Shown piece by piece: positions 14,301 through 29,591 of a stretch of 64,000 nucleotides of DNA. Under the pieces are notes generated by a model. The model was given only the letters and a program-made list of their open reading frames with translations, did no database searches and was not told the origin of the DNA. Positions within the stretch are counted from its first letter, which is position 1. Every line of letters begins with the position of its first letter. The stretch covers positions 94,674,001 through 94,738,000 of the forward strand of contig OX597816.1 in NCBI GenBank assembly GCA_951406725.2, in the 5' to 3' direction. The translations under genes were made by a program, and so were the position numbers. Source of the stretch: Octopus vulgaris. Lineage: Eukaryota.

Positions 14301-14888
14301 ATAACACAGAGACTTAGTCACATCAGCTAAATATATAAACACACAAGGGTGGGGGCATTATATGTGTAATACAAAGGGTGTAACACAGACCTAGGATCTT
14401 ATTTTTTGTACAAATGAAATGTTTATCAGTATTAAGTTGAACTGACTGAAATGTGATGTGTATGTGTCATTTGTCCTTTGCTTTCATCTGATTCTATACT
14501 TGAAGGCCGGGGAAATATGGTTTTGTGGAACGAGCTATCGACGGAATCTATGTTCACATTAATTCAGTCCAAGTCAACTTCCGCTCGAAAACATTCCAGG
14601 CATCCTTGCAGGTGAGTAAAGCAGTTTTTATTGTTAGTGACTAAATATGTAAAATATTTCTGTGTACTTTGCTGGTCTGTAAGACATCAGTCCTGGTGAG
14701 AGTGGGAGAGTGTGGCATCCTCATCATTTTTGTTGTCATCACCACCCTTACATGAACATCCATGATGTGATGTCATACCTCTGAATAACCACTCACTGTC
14801 CTGCTTTTGACATCACCTTTTGGCCTGTCAGACATAGCTTCCAATCTTATTCAAAACCCTTCCTCCTTCTGACTGAGCTATAAATATA

Positions 14889-14975
<87 letters not shown>

Positions 14976-16188
14976 CTTTGTTCAATTCTCTCCAAAAAAG
15001 CTCCTCAGTGTTCAATCATAAACATATCTGTTGTTGATAAAGGTTTATATCCAAATTTGCAAACTTGTTTAACAAGAAAAAAAAACAAAACAAAACAAAA
15101 GAACAAAAACGAAAACAAACAAACTTGAAAAATTAACGAAAGAAGATGCAATAAAGACAGTTTCTGGTTGTTAAGACAAAGGTGTAGCTCCAGTTTGAAT
15201 ATTAGATTTGATTTCTTTTGAAAATCATTTGAAACTTAGTGTATTTGGACTAATATCATCTGAAGTTAAGCTTTTGATTTTTATAGCAAAAAACAAAAAA
15301 CAAAAACAAACACGAAGAACAAGGGCTATTCCATGAATGGCCTGGAACAAAGACTGCCACAATTCACAAAGAACAAAGAGTTGTTGCAGAAATCCCATTA
15401 TTTTCGACTGAGACCAAAAAAAAACAAAAAAACTCATTAGCATCATCATCGTTGTTGTTGCCTTTAATATTTTATATATCCAAATTTACAGTTGAGACAT
15501 GTAATGACAATCTGTTTTACTGTTTATTTCCTTTTTCTTTGGTAGATGTCTCGGGTGAAAGTTCACAGCGTGACCCCAACCTGGCAGGTCACATCTGACC
15601 TCCGTGTTACTCGCTTAAAAGATATTTCTCGAGGGGAGGTGATAATCTTTAAAGAGGTTGATTGGCAAGCAACTCGCATCGAAGCTCAAGCAGTTGACAC
15701 GATGATGAAGGGAGTGATAACTCAAACACCAATTAGACTAATTGCCAATCAGGCCAAATTAAGGATTGCTGTGAAGAAAAATATGAATGGTAAGAGTATT
15801 CCAGATTTTTCATAATTTTATATCTTTAGAGTTTTGTTTTGTTTTGTTTTCTTTGTGATATCATAGAGAATCTATGTATGGAATGATAGTCGTGCACTTT
15901 GCCTCACTGATACCCAGAAAAGATGCATAGAATATAGGGGTCGGTGCCACTTGAAAAGTACCTTTGCTGGTGCTGCGTAAGCACACTTTTGCTAGTGGCA
16001 CATAGAAAGCACCCAGCACACTGTAAAGGGATTGTCGTTAGGAAGGGCATCCGGCCATAGAAACCATGCCACAACAGACAATTGCAGTCAGGACAGCTCC
16101 TGTCAAATTGACCAACCCATGCCATCATGGAAAACAGATGATAGATGATGATGATGACGACGACGACGGCGGCGGCGACGACGACGAC

Positions 16189-16219
<31 letters not shown>

Positions 16220-19200
16220 TAATGTCCACATTCCATGCTGGCATGGGTTGGACAGTTTGACTGAATTCAATGGGGCCAAGGACTGCATTATGCTTCAGTG
16301 TCTGCTTTGGCATGGTTTCTATGGCTGGATGCCCTTCTTAATGTCAGCTATTTTACAGTGTATAATGAGTGCTTTTTTTAGTGCTATCGGCACTAGTGAT
16401 GTCATCATGTACCTTGCAAATCTGTGAAATCCAAGGAGAAGTGGGGTGGGGGTGTCTTTATGCTAGGAGATGAAGATTAAGGTATAAGAGAAGAGTGGGA
16501 ACAGGTTGTTGTAGAGGAACTATATGGCTGCTTGTATTTAAGAGAGAGAGTGAGATTCAATTTAACAGTAGCTACAAAAAGAGAAATAATGGTGATGTGC
16601 CTTGATAGCACTTCAAGCTATGAGATAAGTAGTAGTGAGTTGGGACAGAAAAGCTAAGGGAGTGTGTGATGAGAGTTTGCAAAAGTGTATGGTAGGGGAC
16701 AAGAGATAGGGGAAATGGGGAACAATAAAGTAGGCAACGGCTGTAAAAGATTGGGTAGGGTTTGAAAGGTGGATGGAAGGAATGATGGATATGGGAGTTG
16801 GGGAGATGACCAGTGTTGTAATGGTAAGCTATGTAACAATACCATTGCATGCTTGTATACAAGTGAGACATGGCTACTTTGAAGAGGACAGAATATCAAT
16901 TCACTCTGATGCAAAGTGCCATAGAAAGATCCATGCTTGGCATATCATTATGAGAGCACATTTGAAATGAGATAATTTGAGAATGGATTAGAGTTAACGA
17001 TGTGATCAGAGAATACTGAAAGCACAAGTTCCACTGAGCCAGCCATGTTGCAAGGTTCACAGACAACAAGTGGACCTGTGCACAAGAGATCAGAAAAGGC
17101 CACTTGGAAGGCCTTCACAATGGTGGGTAAATGATTTATTTAAGCAATTTGGGTCAAGATGGAAAATATCAAGACAGAATTGGAAGCACATTATGATCAG
17201 CAGTGTATAACAGCATCTGATGCTCTGGTTGAAACTGTGATACTGTGACATCATTGTACATAAACACATCCATATGTATGTTTATGTGTCTTGTTTCAGA
17301 TTGTAGTATTGTTTCATCCCGAGTGATCCTGTTGCTAGATGATCTGCTATGGGTGCTAACTGAAACACAATTGAAGGCAGCTTTGCTGTATGCAACATCA
17401 CTACAGGAAGTCATTGAGAAATCTGCTCGGCAAAGCAAGCAACTAGCAGCAGAGAAGTTAAAGGTATGTTATTTTTTTCTCTTTATCTCTATTAACTTTC
17501 TCTTATTGTCTCATATTTAACCCTTTAGCATTCAGATTACTCTGTCAGATGTAATGCATATTTATTAACATTGTTTCAAATGCATTATTTCATAGTAATG
17601 AGATTTCAATGATATGATTGTTTAATATTTACTATGACATAGTAGAATGGATGTGTGATGCTGGATCTGGCCAGTTTGAACATAAAACATAGAATATTTG
17701 GGCAGGATATGGCTGGTCTAAATGCTAAAGAGTTAACATCCCATTTCTTATTTTTTTGTAGGTTTGTTTTTGGAAGATAATAGAGTAGAGTAATAGTAGA
17801 GTACTAGATTGAATACCTAACATTTTTTTGTCATTGTCATTCATTTTTCTGAGTTCAAATCCCACTGAGTAAATTCTTATTGTAGCACTGCCTTTAATGG
17901 AACAAATCGATCCCTGAACTTATTCTTTGTAAGCCTAGTACTTATTCTATCGGTCTCTTTTGCCGAACCACTAAGTTATGGGGACGTAAACACACCAGCA
18001 TCAGTTGTCAAACAATGGTAGGGGGGCAAACATAGACACACAAACAAACACACACATACACACACACACAACGGGCTTCTTTCAGTTTCCGTCTATCAAA
18101 TCCACCCACAAGGCTTTGATTGGCCCGAAGCTATAGTAGAAGACACTTGCCCAAGGTGCCACACAGTGGGACTGAACTTGGAACCATGTAGTTGGTAAGC
18201 AAGCTACTTACCACACAGCCATGCCTGCACCTATGCCATGCCTGCGCCTATGCCATGCATGCGCTTATGCTGAGTTCAATGAAATAAATACCAAGTTTAT
18301 TGGTGTCTATTCACTTGATTATATTTTTGTTTTATAGTCATAAAATTATATAGAATTATATTTAACATTGTGCTTTGTGGGGACTGGCCTGTCAAAGAAA
18401 AGACTCAACATTTCCTCTGCATGTTGTAAAAGGCAATTAAAAGACATAGAGGTAGAGTTTGCACTCTGACCTTGTAAAACCCTCACTGGCAACGACTACC
18501 AACACCAAACCAACCCATTGGTTGGAGGGTTGTCGCCTAAGTGGTGCTAAGGTATCACCCACCAGAAGTAGGGAATTACCAACAAATAGTGGTAGATGCA
18601 GCAGCACACTGTTACAGTGCATGCCTCCATACTGCTACTGCTGCTACAACAACAACGACAACAACAACAATAACATTTAACATTGATCTTGCATGACATT
18701 GACTCATTCATGACTTGAATAATTATTCTCAATTGACATTTAGCTATTGATATTGTTTCATAGGGTAATTAATATTGATTGTGTCATTGAGTGATTAATA
18801 TTGATTGTAATTATTGTCATCAAAAACTTGAGAAAGCACAGTCTAATATTGAGTTCTGTTATTCTCATGTAAACTGGGGCTACAGATTTTCACTTTAATA
18901 TTTTCAGAAACAAGGCCATATTGCTTCAGACCAACTGAAAAGAATTCAGATGATGAAGCAGGCCAAAGGTGTTCATCCATCGAAGGCTTCTCGTGTGTTT
19001 ACCAAGTTTGATGTTCTATCTACCTCGTATCACCTCATCACTAGTCGTATTGACTTGCATCTCTGTGATGATATGCAACCACGCAAAGGTAATTGATTAA
19101 CTTCTTTCTGATTTCTTTCATTTTTCAATTACTGTGTCTCAGATATTTCTGTCTGAATCTACTTCAGATTCTTCAACCTGGCTGAATCTGCAGAACGCTT

Positions 19201-20020
19201 ATCTACCAAACTGGAGGCTTATTAATTCCTATCTAATCACTCACATTGCAAATTATGAATGGCAGGTTCAGTTCATCTAATTACAAACAACAATACTGCA
19301 CAAATAGAGGAGTCTATTCAAGGTTACTTGACCTCTGGAAATAGCAGTTAAATTTCCCTTAAATAACACCATATTATCTTTGATAAGTTGTGATGCTGTC
19401 TAAAACTACATTGGATTTTGTTGTATTAGATACTCAATGCTTGAATAAAAGAGATAAAAGCCTGGAATACTTTTGATCATAGGCTTCCTCGGTTAGGGTT
19501 GACTTGGGTCTAAACAGCTACAGCAGAAGATAACACAGGGAGGTATAATTTAATGTAGAATGTAAGATAGACATAATAATTGATCAGTATTTCAATAGAT
19601 TGCTGTTTTGGCTCAAATCTTCTCTATGATATAACCTAGAGAAGTGATTGACTAACAATAATTTACAGTGTAGCTAGACACTAGCTGTATTCTAGAATTA
19701 AAGATATGCCGATGGCATTGCTTCAGTGCTTTTCCTTTGAGTTTAAATTACTATTGATTGAAGAATCAATCATTTCTAAAAAGTGATATTTTGTTAATAT
19801 TTCTGTGGAATATGTTATTTGTAGGATATTCCTAAATATTGGTTGTATGTCTTTGAACAAGACTGATTAGTAAAGTTGTTTAACACCTATTTTCAGTGTC
19901 TCTTCTTAATGTTTTGGTAGATGAAACTATTTTTTACTTTGCTACCTTACCAGCTTTAGTTGCATTTGAGAAAGATGTGGAGTAAATTCACTGACTCCAT
20001 CTTCAGTGACAGTTGAATGC

Positions 20021-20074
<54 letters not shown>

Positions 20075-20468
20075 TAATCATTTCTACTGGAAGCACAAGG
20101 CTCCAAATTTGGTGGAAGGGATTAAGTTGATCACATCAACTCCAGTGCATAACTAGTACTAATTTTATTGACCCTGAAAGGATGAAAGGCGAAGTTGACC
20201 TTAGCGAAATTTGAACTCAAAACGTAATGGCAGATGAAATATCGTTATGCATTTTGCCTGGTATGCTAACGGTTCTGCTGGCTTACCATCTTATTCAATG
20301 ATAATAATAATAATTTAAATAATAATGTCCTTTTTGAGAATTCCTTGAGAGTGCTGAATTTGAAGCTCAGGACTGCATGGCACCTTGGGCAAGTGTCTTG
20401 TACTACAACCCTAGGCCGACTAAAGCTTTGTGAGTGGATTTGGTAGATGGAAACTGAAAGAAGTCCAT

Positions 20469-20509
<41 letters not shown>

Positions 20510-23500
20510 ATGTGTGTTTGTGTGTGTGTATTACTGTTGCCTTGCTATAACATCTTGTGATTGAATGTCACTGTCATGTAAAAGTGTCCTTCATTTCCAA
20601 TACTCTGTGGAAATGTGTGGTCATGGGGAAATATTAGCTTAATTGGAAATTGATGAAGGTTGGTATCCTACCTTAGAAAATCTGCCTTAACAAACTCTGT
20701 GACCCATGTGAATCATGGCAAAGTGGATGTCAAAATACTGATTTTTATGGTGATAATGATGACTATATAATTTCCCGTTGCATGCTTATAAGTATATGAA
20801 TTTCTCATCAAATGTTTATAGTTCATTGTTTTGTATGGATTCCTCATTTAATGTTTTTAGCAGTTAATGTTGCAGCCATTCATTATTGTATTTTCCAGAT
20901 TCAGCCACAACATTTTGTTCTAAAATTGAGGGTGGTGCCATGCAGGTGACTCTCAACAAGCTGTCAATTGATTATTATCCCTTCAATCCTGCAGGTAATT
21001 TAACTTATTTATTATATTCATCTTTTGAGTGGACTACTTGGCTGCTTTGTGTGATTTGCTTTGCTTTGTAATATTTCAAGATGTACACAAAAAGTTTGGT
21101 CATCTAACATTATTGGTTTGCATAACCTTTTGTGTATTTCTTTAATTTTGATTAATCACAAATTGGTGACTGAAATATTTGGAATAATTTTCTCTCCTTA
21201 TCAGAAGAGAATGGATAAGTTCCATTGATATGAGATATTATTCTTGTGAGATAATAGTTAGTATGACTGAATTTCATATTGACAGTTTCAAGAATTGTCT
21301 TATAAGTATGGATTAACTATCAGAATTACACTATCTTAGTGGGGATAGCTGGACTCTATGTGGGAAAGTGTCATAATAGTTGGCTCTTGTGTTTGGTCAG
21401 ATTATACGTATGGAACAGCTGTCAGAATAGTTAGATTTTATATGGATCAGCTATCTATATAACTAGACTATGTGTGAGACAGCTGTCAGGTCTTGACTGA
21501 GACAGCTGTGTAAAAGATCAGACTACATGAGCCAAAGTGAGAACTTCTATATAGTCATTTGACTTGCTAGGAGTAGCATTCAAATCTTTCTCTTATTGCA
21601 TCATATTCATTTAAAAAATAGACGCTATTTTATCAGCTTTCACATTATGCAGTCAAGTTGTTGCAGTTTAACCCTGGGTTAACCCTGATCAAGCATACCT
21701 ATGATCAAAGCCATTACAGCCATGACCATTCTGTCCTTCACCAATAATTCATTGTATATTAAATACAATGCTTGATCAGGGTTAAACTGCAACAACTTGA
21801 CTGCATAATGTGAAAGCTGATAAAATAGCTATACCTCTCATTTGTCAGAATGACTTAACTATATGTGGGGCAGTTTTTAGAATGAACAAGCTGTATGAGT
21901 GGGTGGGGCTGCATTTGACGGAATAGCTAGATTCCTTGTGGGCTGGAGTCAGTTGTTACTGTGACCACATAGTATAACATGCCAGACTAAATATTGTGTC
22001 ACTAATTAATGTTAATTTGTTACTTTGATATATCGACTCTGATGTAACACGTTATGAAGTTTCAGTGATGACACTGTCTCTTCTGACCTCATTAATCAAA
22101 CTTAATGACATTTGGGATTGGCTTCAACAATACTTAGTAGATGATTTATCAGAAAATTATTAATGACTAAGAAAGACATTTTATCTCTAGATATGTTTTA
22201 TCAACTTATTCACTAATGCGTCTCAGACACAGTCCTTATATTTTTCTAACAGACTAATTTTATTTCATTAGGCATTTGCAATATACCCCCTTTCCTTTTG
22301 CTTTATAATTTGATGCTTTGCTGATGTAGAATTAGTCATGCTTTCTTTGTAGTATTGCTCTAGCATGGCCAAATGTAGCTTAAATCTCTTACACAACTAA
22401 AGAACACCCTACACATCTTGGTGGGGAAAGAATTCTCCGGACAGGTTTCCAGTTAGTCTGAAATTGTTTTTACAATTACTCTTAACATTTTTTATAACTT
22501 CCAGATGAGGCATTGATAATGAGTAGAGGTGAGTTGATTTAACCTTGTTGTTTCTTGAATGCCTAAATCTCTTTCTCTACGACCCCATTTCATCTGCTTA
22601 AAACTTCTACAGCATTCTGAAGGAATTTTGGTGATATATATTTTAAGGGGAGTGCATTTACTATAGCAGGGACAAGATAGACTGTTGTCATTTGGTTATG
22701 GGATCAGGTTATTGATTAATGATAATGAAGTTCAGTGGTGAACTGATTCTTTTATGAGTCTATCTTAGAAACTGTATATTTGAATAAAAATTGTGATATC
22801 TGTATCTGCAGTTTTAGAATAAAAACAACTCCATTAATTAGGATTAATGGAAAATGTAACCATCTGGGGCAAAAAAAAACTTATCAGACTTTTTAATATA
22901 GGGTAGCCCAAAATTAGGTTTACAGTTATTCAACTATCTCTTTCGCATTTATATATTAACAGTTTAGATCTTAATTATAAAAATATATGAAACCATCATT
23001 CTATGCTAATTTAGTTAATTGTAAGATAGAAGTTTAAATGTAATAAAATGTTTTAAAAGAAATTTAAAGTGCCTATGTGATAACTGTAAACCTACTTTTG
23101 GGTCACCCTGTAGTATTTAGGTTCCAGATATTCTGTTATTCCTGACAATAATAATAGGACTTAGTATAAATGGGCTTTTGAACAAGGTTAAGTTAGATAA
23201 ATTTGAATATTTACACTAACTGTATAGGAAGATTTGTGGAAGTAGAGAAAATGTAAATACTGAGATATTTCTACTGGCCTCATTAAAAGCACTAATTTCC
23301 TCAGATTCCACTGTTTAATTAAAAATACCATAGCTTCTTCTAAGCTGGTACTTTAGAAGAAAGACAATAACAAGTAGTATATGCATCACTCAGAGAAAAT
23401 GTTTTTTTAACTCAATACTAATAGGTTGGAGCCCGGATGGGTAAATAGAGGTAAAGAAGGAAATAGGAATTCTATAAACTATACTAATGTCCCTCAAGAG

Positions 23501-26500
23501 GTGACTTAATCCCTTATCCTTTGATTAAGTTCATTAAAATAATTATCCTAACACATTGTCTTGTGGTGCCTTACTTTTCTTATTGGAAACTATAAAAATC
23601 AGAATATTTCTAGCATGAAGCTCTGCTACACACTCTACCAAAACAACCCTTGCCTTCCCAGCATTCCATTTCCCATCATATGTTTGTAATGTATATCTAA
23701 TTACTTATGATCAAGCATAAGTGATAATCTTATCAATCATTGTACTTTGGTAGAGTCAAAATAGTCTCCTCTCCCATCACTACATTATTTCCTTTGCATC
23801 AGGCATCTTCAGCTTAGATAATTATTCCCTCTTATTCCATTGGTAAAACCATATAAAACATCATTGACCAAACCCTACATCTATGATTTAACTTTTTAAT
23901 ACTCTTAGGGTGGTGTAAATAGCAGTATTTTGTGTGTGTGTGTGTGTGAGCGCATGTCCGCATGTTTAGTTAATAGCCATTATGACTCTACCAAAATACA
24001 ACATTAACTGTTTCAACAAATAATTTCACACCAGATCTCTTCTGAAATATACTGGAAAGAAATCATCTTCATTATTTTACTAAAATGTGGAAACCTACTT
24101 AACTTTGATTTAAACTAATAACATTTATTCATATTTTTTTATAAACTTGGTTTTCAGTTTTCTATAGTACACATATTGAACGAGGAAATATTTAAATAAA
24201 TTTATGTTTTTATTAATATTTAGCAGAAGCAACAGAGTGATTCAAGGGCTGAGAGTTTCATGCGTTCCTATGAAACTCTTGCCCCTTGAATCACTCTGTT
24301 GCTTCTGCTAAATATTAATAAAAATATACATATACACTCATGTTTTGAGATCTATTTTTCCTGTTTGCATCACCAAGCCTAAATAAATTGATATAGATAA
24401 AAATAGATAACCGAATGGGAATTAATCCTACATCACTAGATTTTATATATATTCAAACTGAAACCTTTAACTGAAAACATTTAAAATTATACATTACTCT
24501 GCTCTAGAATGTTGAAATATAGTTGATCAATTGGACAGCCTAATTAAAATGTGCATAAACAGTGCAGCAAAATAACTTAAATTTCCAGATATACCCAGCC
24601 CACCGAAAGCCAAATTTAAAATATTGAAATAGTTTCTAAATTCATGCAACAGATGTGGGCATGTCCATGTAGTTAAGAAGTTTGCCTCAGGTTTCAGGTT
24701 TGACTTCTCTTTGTAATACCTTGAGTAAGTATCATCTATCATTGTGTAAAATTATTTCTTATATTTGTCAGAATCAGTGGAAGTTTTTGATAAAGTGCAG
24801 ATATTGTCTTACAGCCTGCATCGCATTGTCCTCCCCTATCATATTGCTTTTCTTCCCCAAGCTTTTACTTTATTTTGATCTGCTGAAGGGATTGTTTGTT
24901 TATAGGGATTATTTCTTTTTGGCTAAAAAGGCTTCTAGCAGTGACTGATGCATTCTACATATATGTATATTTTGTGTGTGTGTGTGTGTTTGGATCCTCT
25001 GTATGAGTGTACTTTGGATAATTGAGCATGAATTATTTGTTTGAGTCTTTTACATCTTAAAATTCCCCAGATATCATTTCCTTCATTTCTCCTCCTTTTT
25101 TCTTGTATATTATTCTTTCAATCAATCCAGCTTGGGAAGTGGTTGCCAATTTTTTTTACTGTGGCTGGTGACACTATCAACCAAATGAGCTGGGTGCATT
25201 GTTTCATAATTTCAGGTGTTTTATGTTTCTGTGTAAACCAATGTATTGCAAAAAACTGATGTTACAACACCAATGAAAGTTTCCAATTTCCACCTCAGAG
25301 TTTAACATATTTTGTTTTTGTCATTTGTAGGTGGAGAACGAAAGCAATGGTACCGATACAGTGACCAGGTTGGTTCACGAAACCATTGGGTTGGTGGATT
25401 GTTTGCTAGTCACAAAAAGGAGGTTCAAAGAGCCAGAGCAGCATTTGGAATGTCATCTCCATCACAGTCCCCTTCACACTCAACAGGTAATTCTTCATAC
25501 ACGAACACTTCTGTATAATGTTGCTTTCCTGTTGGATTTGATATTTCAAATTAAGATAGACTTAATTTTCATCTCTTCACCATAGTTTAATGTCTATTCC
25601 TATTAAATGTTGGAATTAAAAAAAAAAAAGTTTTTATTCAGAGAAGTGGGTGAAGTGCTCTTAACTTTTGTGGCAGGCCTTCTCAGAACAATGATATTGC
25701 TGTTGTTGATATTTAATGTGAACATGCATCGGTTGGAGTTGGTAGTAGGAAGGGTTGTTCTAGTAAGGGCTGGGAAAAATACTTATTGTGAGGTCTAAGT
25801 GGTGAAAGCGAGACTGGTAAATGTGAGATTGGATAAAAGGGCTTGGGTGAAGAGCTAATTCAGAGGAGTAGAGGCTATTCTTTTTGAAAAAGAAGTGACA
25901 ATGAGTGGAAACAACATATTTGTGAGCTAGTGAATCAGATTTGATTGGATGCAGTCTAGGATGTTAGTATGCAAACAGCAGTACTGTCCCATTGATGTAT
26001 TCCAATGTATCTATTTATTTAAATTTTGTTGATAATCAGCAACTAATTAGGGCTGTAGTATTTCTTGATTCTAAAATAGATCTCCTAATGCTTAATGACA
26101 TGGTTTTGGCAATATTATATGTGTTGGGTCACCATGAAAAATTATATCTGAGATTGTGTGGGTTTTAGTTGTGAGTGGTTCAAGATTAGAGAGGGTGAGA
26201 AGCAAGATTGTTACTTTGGTGTGAACAATATTTGAGTCTTTAAGACTAGGCTGTTATGTCCCTATTGAAGGCTGCTTTCAATGTCTTTATTCTTGGAGTC
26301 ATTTGATGAGAGGAGGGGGTAAGTTGATTACATTGACCCCAGTGCTCTACTCGTATTTATTCTATTAACCCTGGAATGATGAAAGGCAAAAGTCGACCTT
26401 GGCAGAATTTGAATTCAGAATGTAAGGACAAATGAAATACTATTAAGCCTCTTGCCCAGCATATAATAATGAAATTATTGTATACAGTGCTCAGGTGCAC

Positions 26501-28216
26501 CACAACTTGTCAAAAAGTGCATATAAAGTATATGCAGTAATGTACAAATGTCTGGAAAGCGAACATTGTATGAGTCAGATACATGCTTGCGTGTGTATGG
26601 AGGGGAGAAAATCAGGTGTAGTGTTGGCGAATCTCAGGAAGCATGGAAGTTTTGAAGGATACAGTGCTCCGACAACTAACAACTGATGCTGGCAGTCTGT
26701 TCCATGCTTTAGTAACTCTTAGATTCTGCCAGCTCATTGCCTACAGTTTAGAAATAATGATATAAAAGAGAGAAAAGAGAAGCATAAAAAAAGCGGAACG
26801 AGCAGAAGTGATGACATCCACAGTTCTTGAATGGTGAACATTGCTGCCATAAAAGTAGAAGGCTTTATATAATCTCTTATTAAATTTTTGTCCTCTTTCT
26901 AATATTAAAATAATGTTTGACAATTTGTAGTATCCATCATGTTCAGTAATTTATGTGTATTGATTAACTATTTTACAGATCAACCTCAAGGTACATCATC
27001 CACACCATCATCATCTTCAACTGGTAGTAGTATGAATCCAAATAGTAGTAGCACTAAACCTCAAATGTCATCCACAGTCTCTAGTGCCAGTGAGAAAGTG
27101 ACTGGATCAGGAAGTGGATCAAGTGTGCCAAACCGATCTTCTCATGGTGGGGAGAAGAGGTTGTGTTTACTTGAGAGCTGCTTTGTTCTTGAAGTGGACG
27201 AGTTCACAATTTTCTGTATCTCCACAGCTGATAATAAGAGAAATAACCCTCACAAATTCTTCTCTTCAGAGAAGAGGGTCTTACATTTACCTCAAGATAT
27301 GCCAATTTTACACATGGAGTTCACTGAATATTATTATCCTGAGGGAGTCAACTTGCCAGGTAAGTAACCTTTACACTCACAGTTGTTTTGTCTATTTGCT
27401 CTGCAACAGTTTATTGTAAAAACTGCATTTGTTCACACAAGGTTTTTTGGTGTTATTTTATTCTTTTACTGTTTTGTCAGAGCTGGAAAAGGTAGTATTA
27501 TGACCCTTTTCAAGGCCTCCAAAACTAGTGAAAGAAAGGTACCTTAAAACAAGAAACCTGGGTTGAATACTTGCAAGACTGTACTTTGCTAAAGGTACCC
27601 ATGGGCCAGGGGAAGGTGCTAAACTGGGCAGCAGGTTAAATCTACCACACGAAAACAGGAATAGCCTTCTAACAAACTTCCACATAGTTTCTATTTACAA
27701 ACCTTCAGTTATTCTGAGGCTATAGTTGTAGACAAACGCCTCAAAGTGTTGTGCAGTGACATTGAACCCAAAACCATGTAGTTGCAAAGTGAACTTCTTT
27801 ACTATACAGCCATATCTATGACTGAACACAAACATGGACACATGCAATTACAGCTACTCACAGCCATACATATGAGTAAATATACTTGATCGTACTCAGA
27901 CGTGCGTGCACACAAGCGCATGCACGCGCACACACACACACACATGGATACATCTATATACTGAGTAATGATGTCTTTCCAACATCAGTAATTCAGTTGC
28001 ACCAATCCGACCGTGGCCGATGCCAGCCTCGCCTGGCACCAGTGCAGGTGGCACGTAAAAAGCACCCACTACACTCACGGAGTGGTTGGCGTTAGGAAGG
28101 GCATCCAGCTGTAGAAACATTGCCAGATAAGACTGGAGCCTGGTGCAGCCTTCTGGCTTCCCAGATCCCCGGTCGAACCGTCCAACCCATGCTAGCATGG
28201 AGAACGGACGTTAAAC

Positions 28217-28247
<31 letters not shown>

Positions 28248-29406
28248 CAACCCTTTTGTTACCTTAATTCTATTGATATATACCACCTTCTTTCCATTTA
28301 TTTTTGAAAATAATGAAGAATTAATTAAATAATTTTTTCAATTTAATTTGGTGTTTGGAATATAAATTAACATGAAATTTTGATGGAAGGTTTGAATTTA
28401 GATCACTTTGACCTAGAGGAAAGCCAAACAAATTCTATCATGTCCATTAATCCCCCTTATCGAGCCTTCATGAAATTTATTCACTACTTGATAAGTAGAA
28501 GTTTATCCAGATCATAGATAAAAATAAAGAGGGAAATTCTGGTTTGTTCTACTTCTTTATAACCAATCATTGAATCAGTTTTGTTTTATATGAATTGATT
28601 TTCTTTTTGTTTATTTTTCAGTGCCACATGCTAATCTATATGTATTGTTAAACCCTGTACAGCTGAGAGTCGACTATCTTACACTCCTCTGGCTTAACTA
28701 TTTTGTGTTGCAGCTGTCCAAAAATCTGGTTAGTATTTATGTTAGCTCTTCTCTTTATCATATTAAATGTATTTTTCTGGTGAACTGCTTCCACTCATCT
28801 GTGTTATAGTAATAATAATGATGGTAATAGTAATGATTTCAAATTTTGGCTCAATGCTAGCAATTGCAGGGGAGGGGGTAAGTCAATTACATTGGCTCTA
28901 GTGTTTAACTGGTACTTATTTTATCGACCCTGAAAGGATGTAAAGCAAAGTTGACCTTGGCAGAATTTGAACTCAGAATGTAAAGACAGACGAAATGCCA
29001 CTAGGCATTCTGCCAGCTTGCCATATTAGGCAATACAATAATATTAGTTTTCTAACGATTTTGTCATGTTTGATCTATGAAATCTTGCCTATTTGGTATC
29101 TTACCTGTTTAAAATTTTACCTGAGATAGTGAACTATATGTTATGATGTAATCTATGAAAGTATCAGTAAAACAGCTGTTGTACCAAAATAGCTGTTGCA
29201 AATTTGTAACACCATTTGTGTTCTACCATGTTAAAAGTACCCTGCACACATTGTAAAATGGTTGGGATTAGGAAAGGCATCCATCTTTAAAAACCAACAT
29301 AAATCAGACTGTAATGTGGTGCAGCTCATCTGCTTGCCAGCTCTGGTCAAATCATCAAACCCATGTCACCATGGAAAAACAGGTGTTAAAGGATGATGAT
29401 GATATT

Positions 29407-29438
<32 letters not shown>

Positions 29439-29538
29439 GCATGACACCTTGGGTGAGTGTCTTTTACTATAGCCTCAGGCTGGCCAAAGCTCTGTGAGTG
29501 GATTTGATAGACAGAAACTGAAAGAAGCCCATCGTATA

Positions 29539-29591
<53 letters not shown>

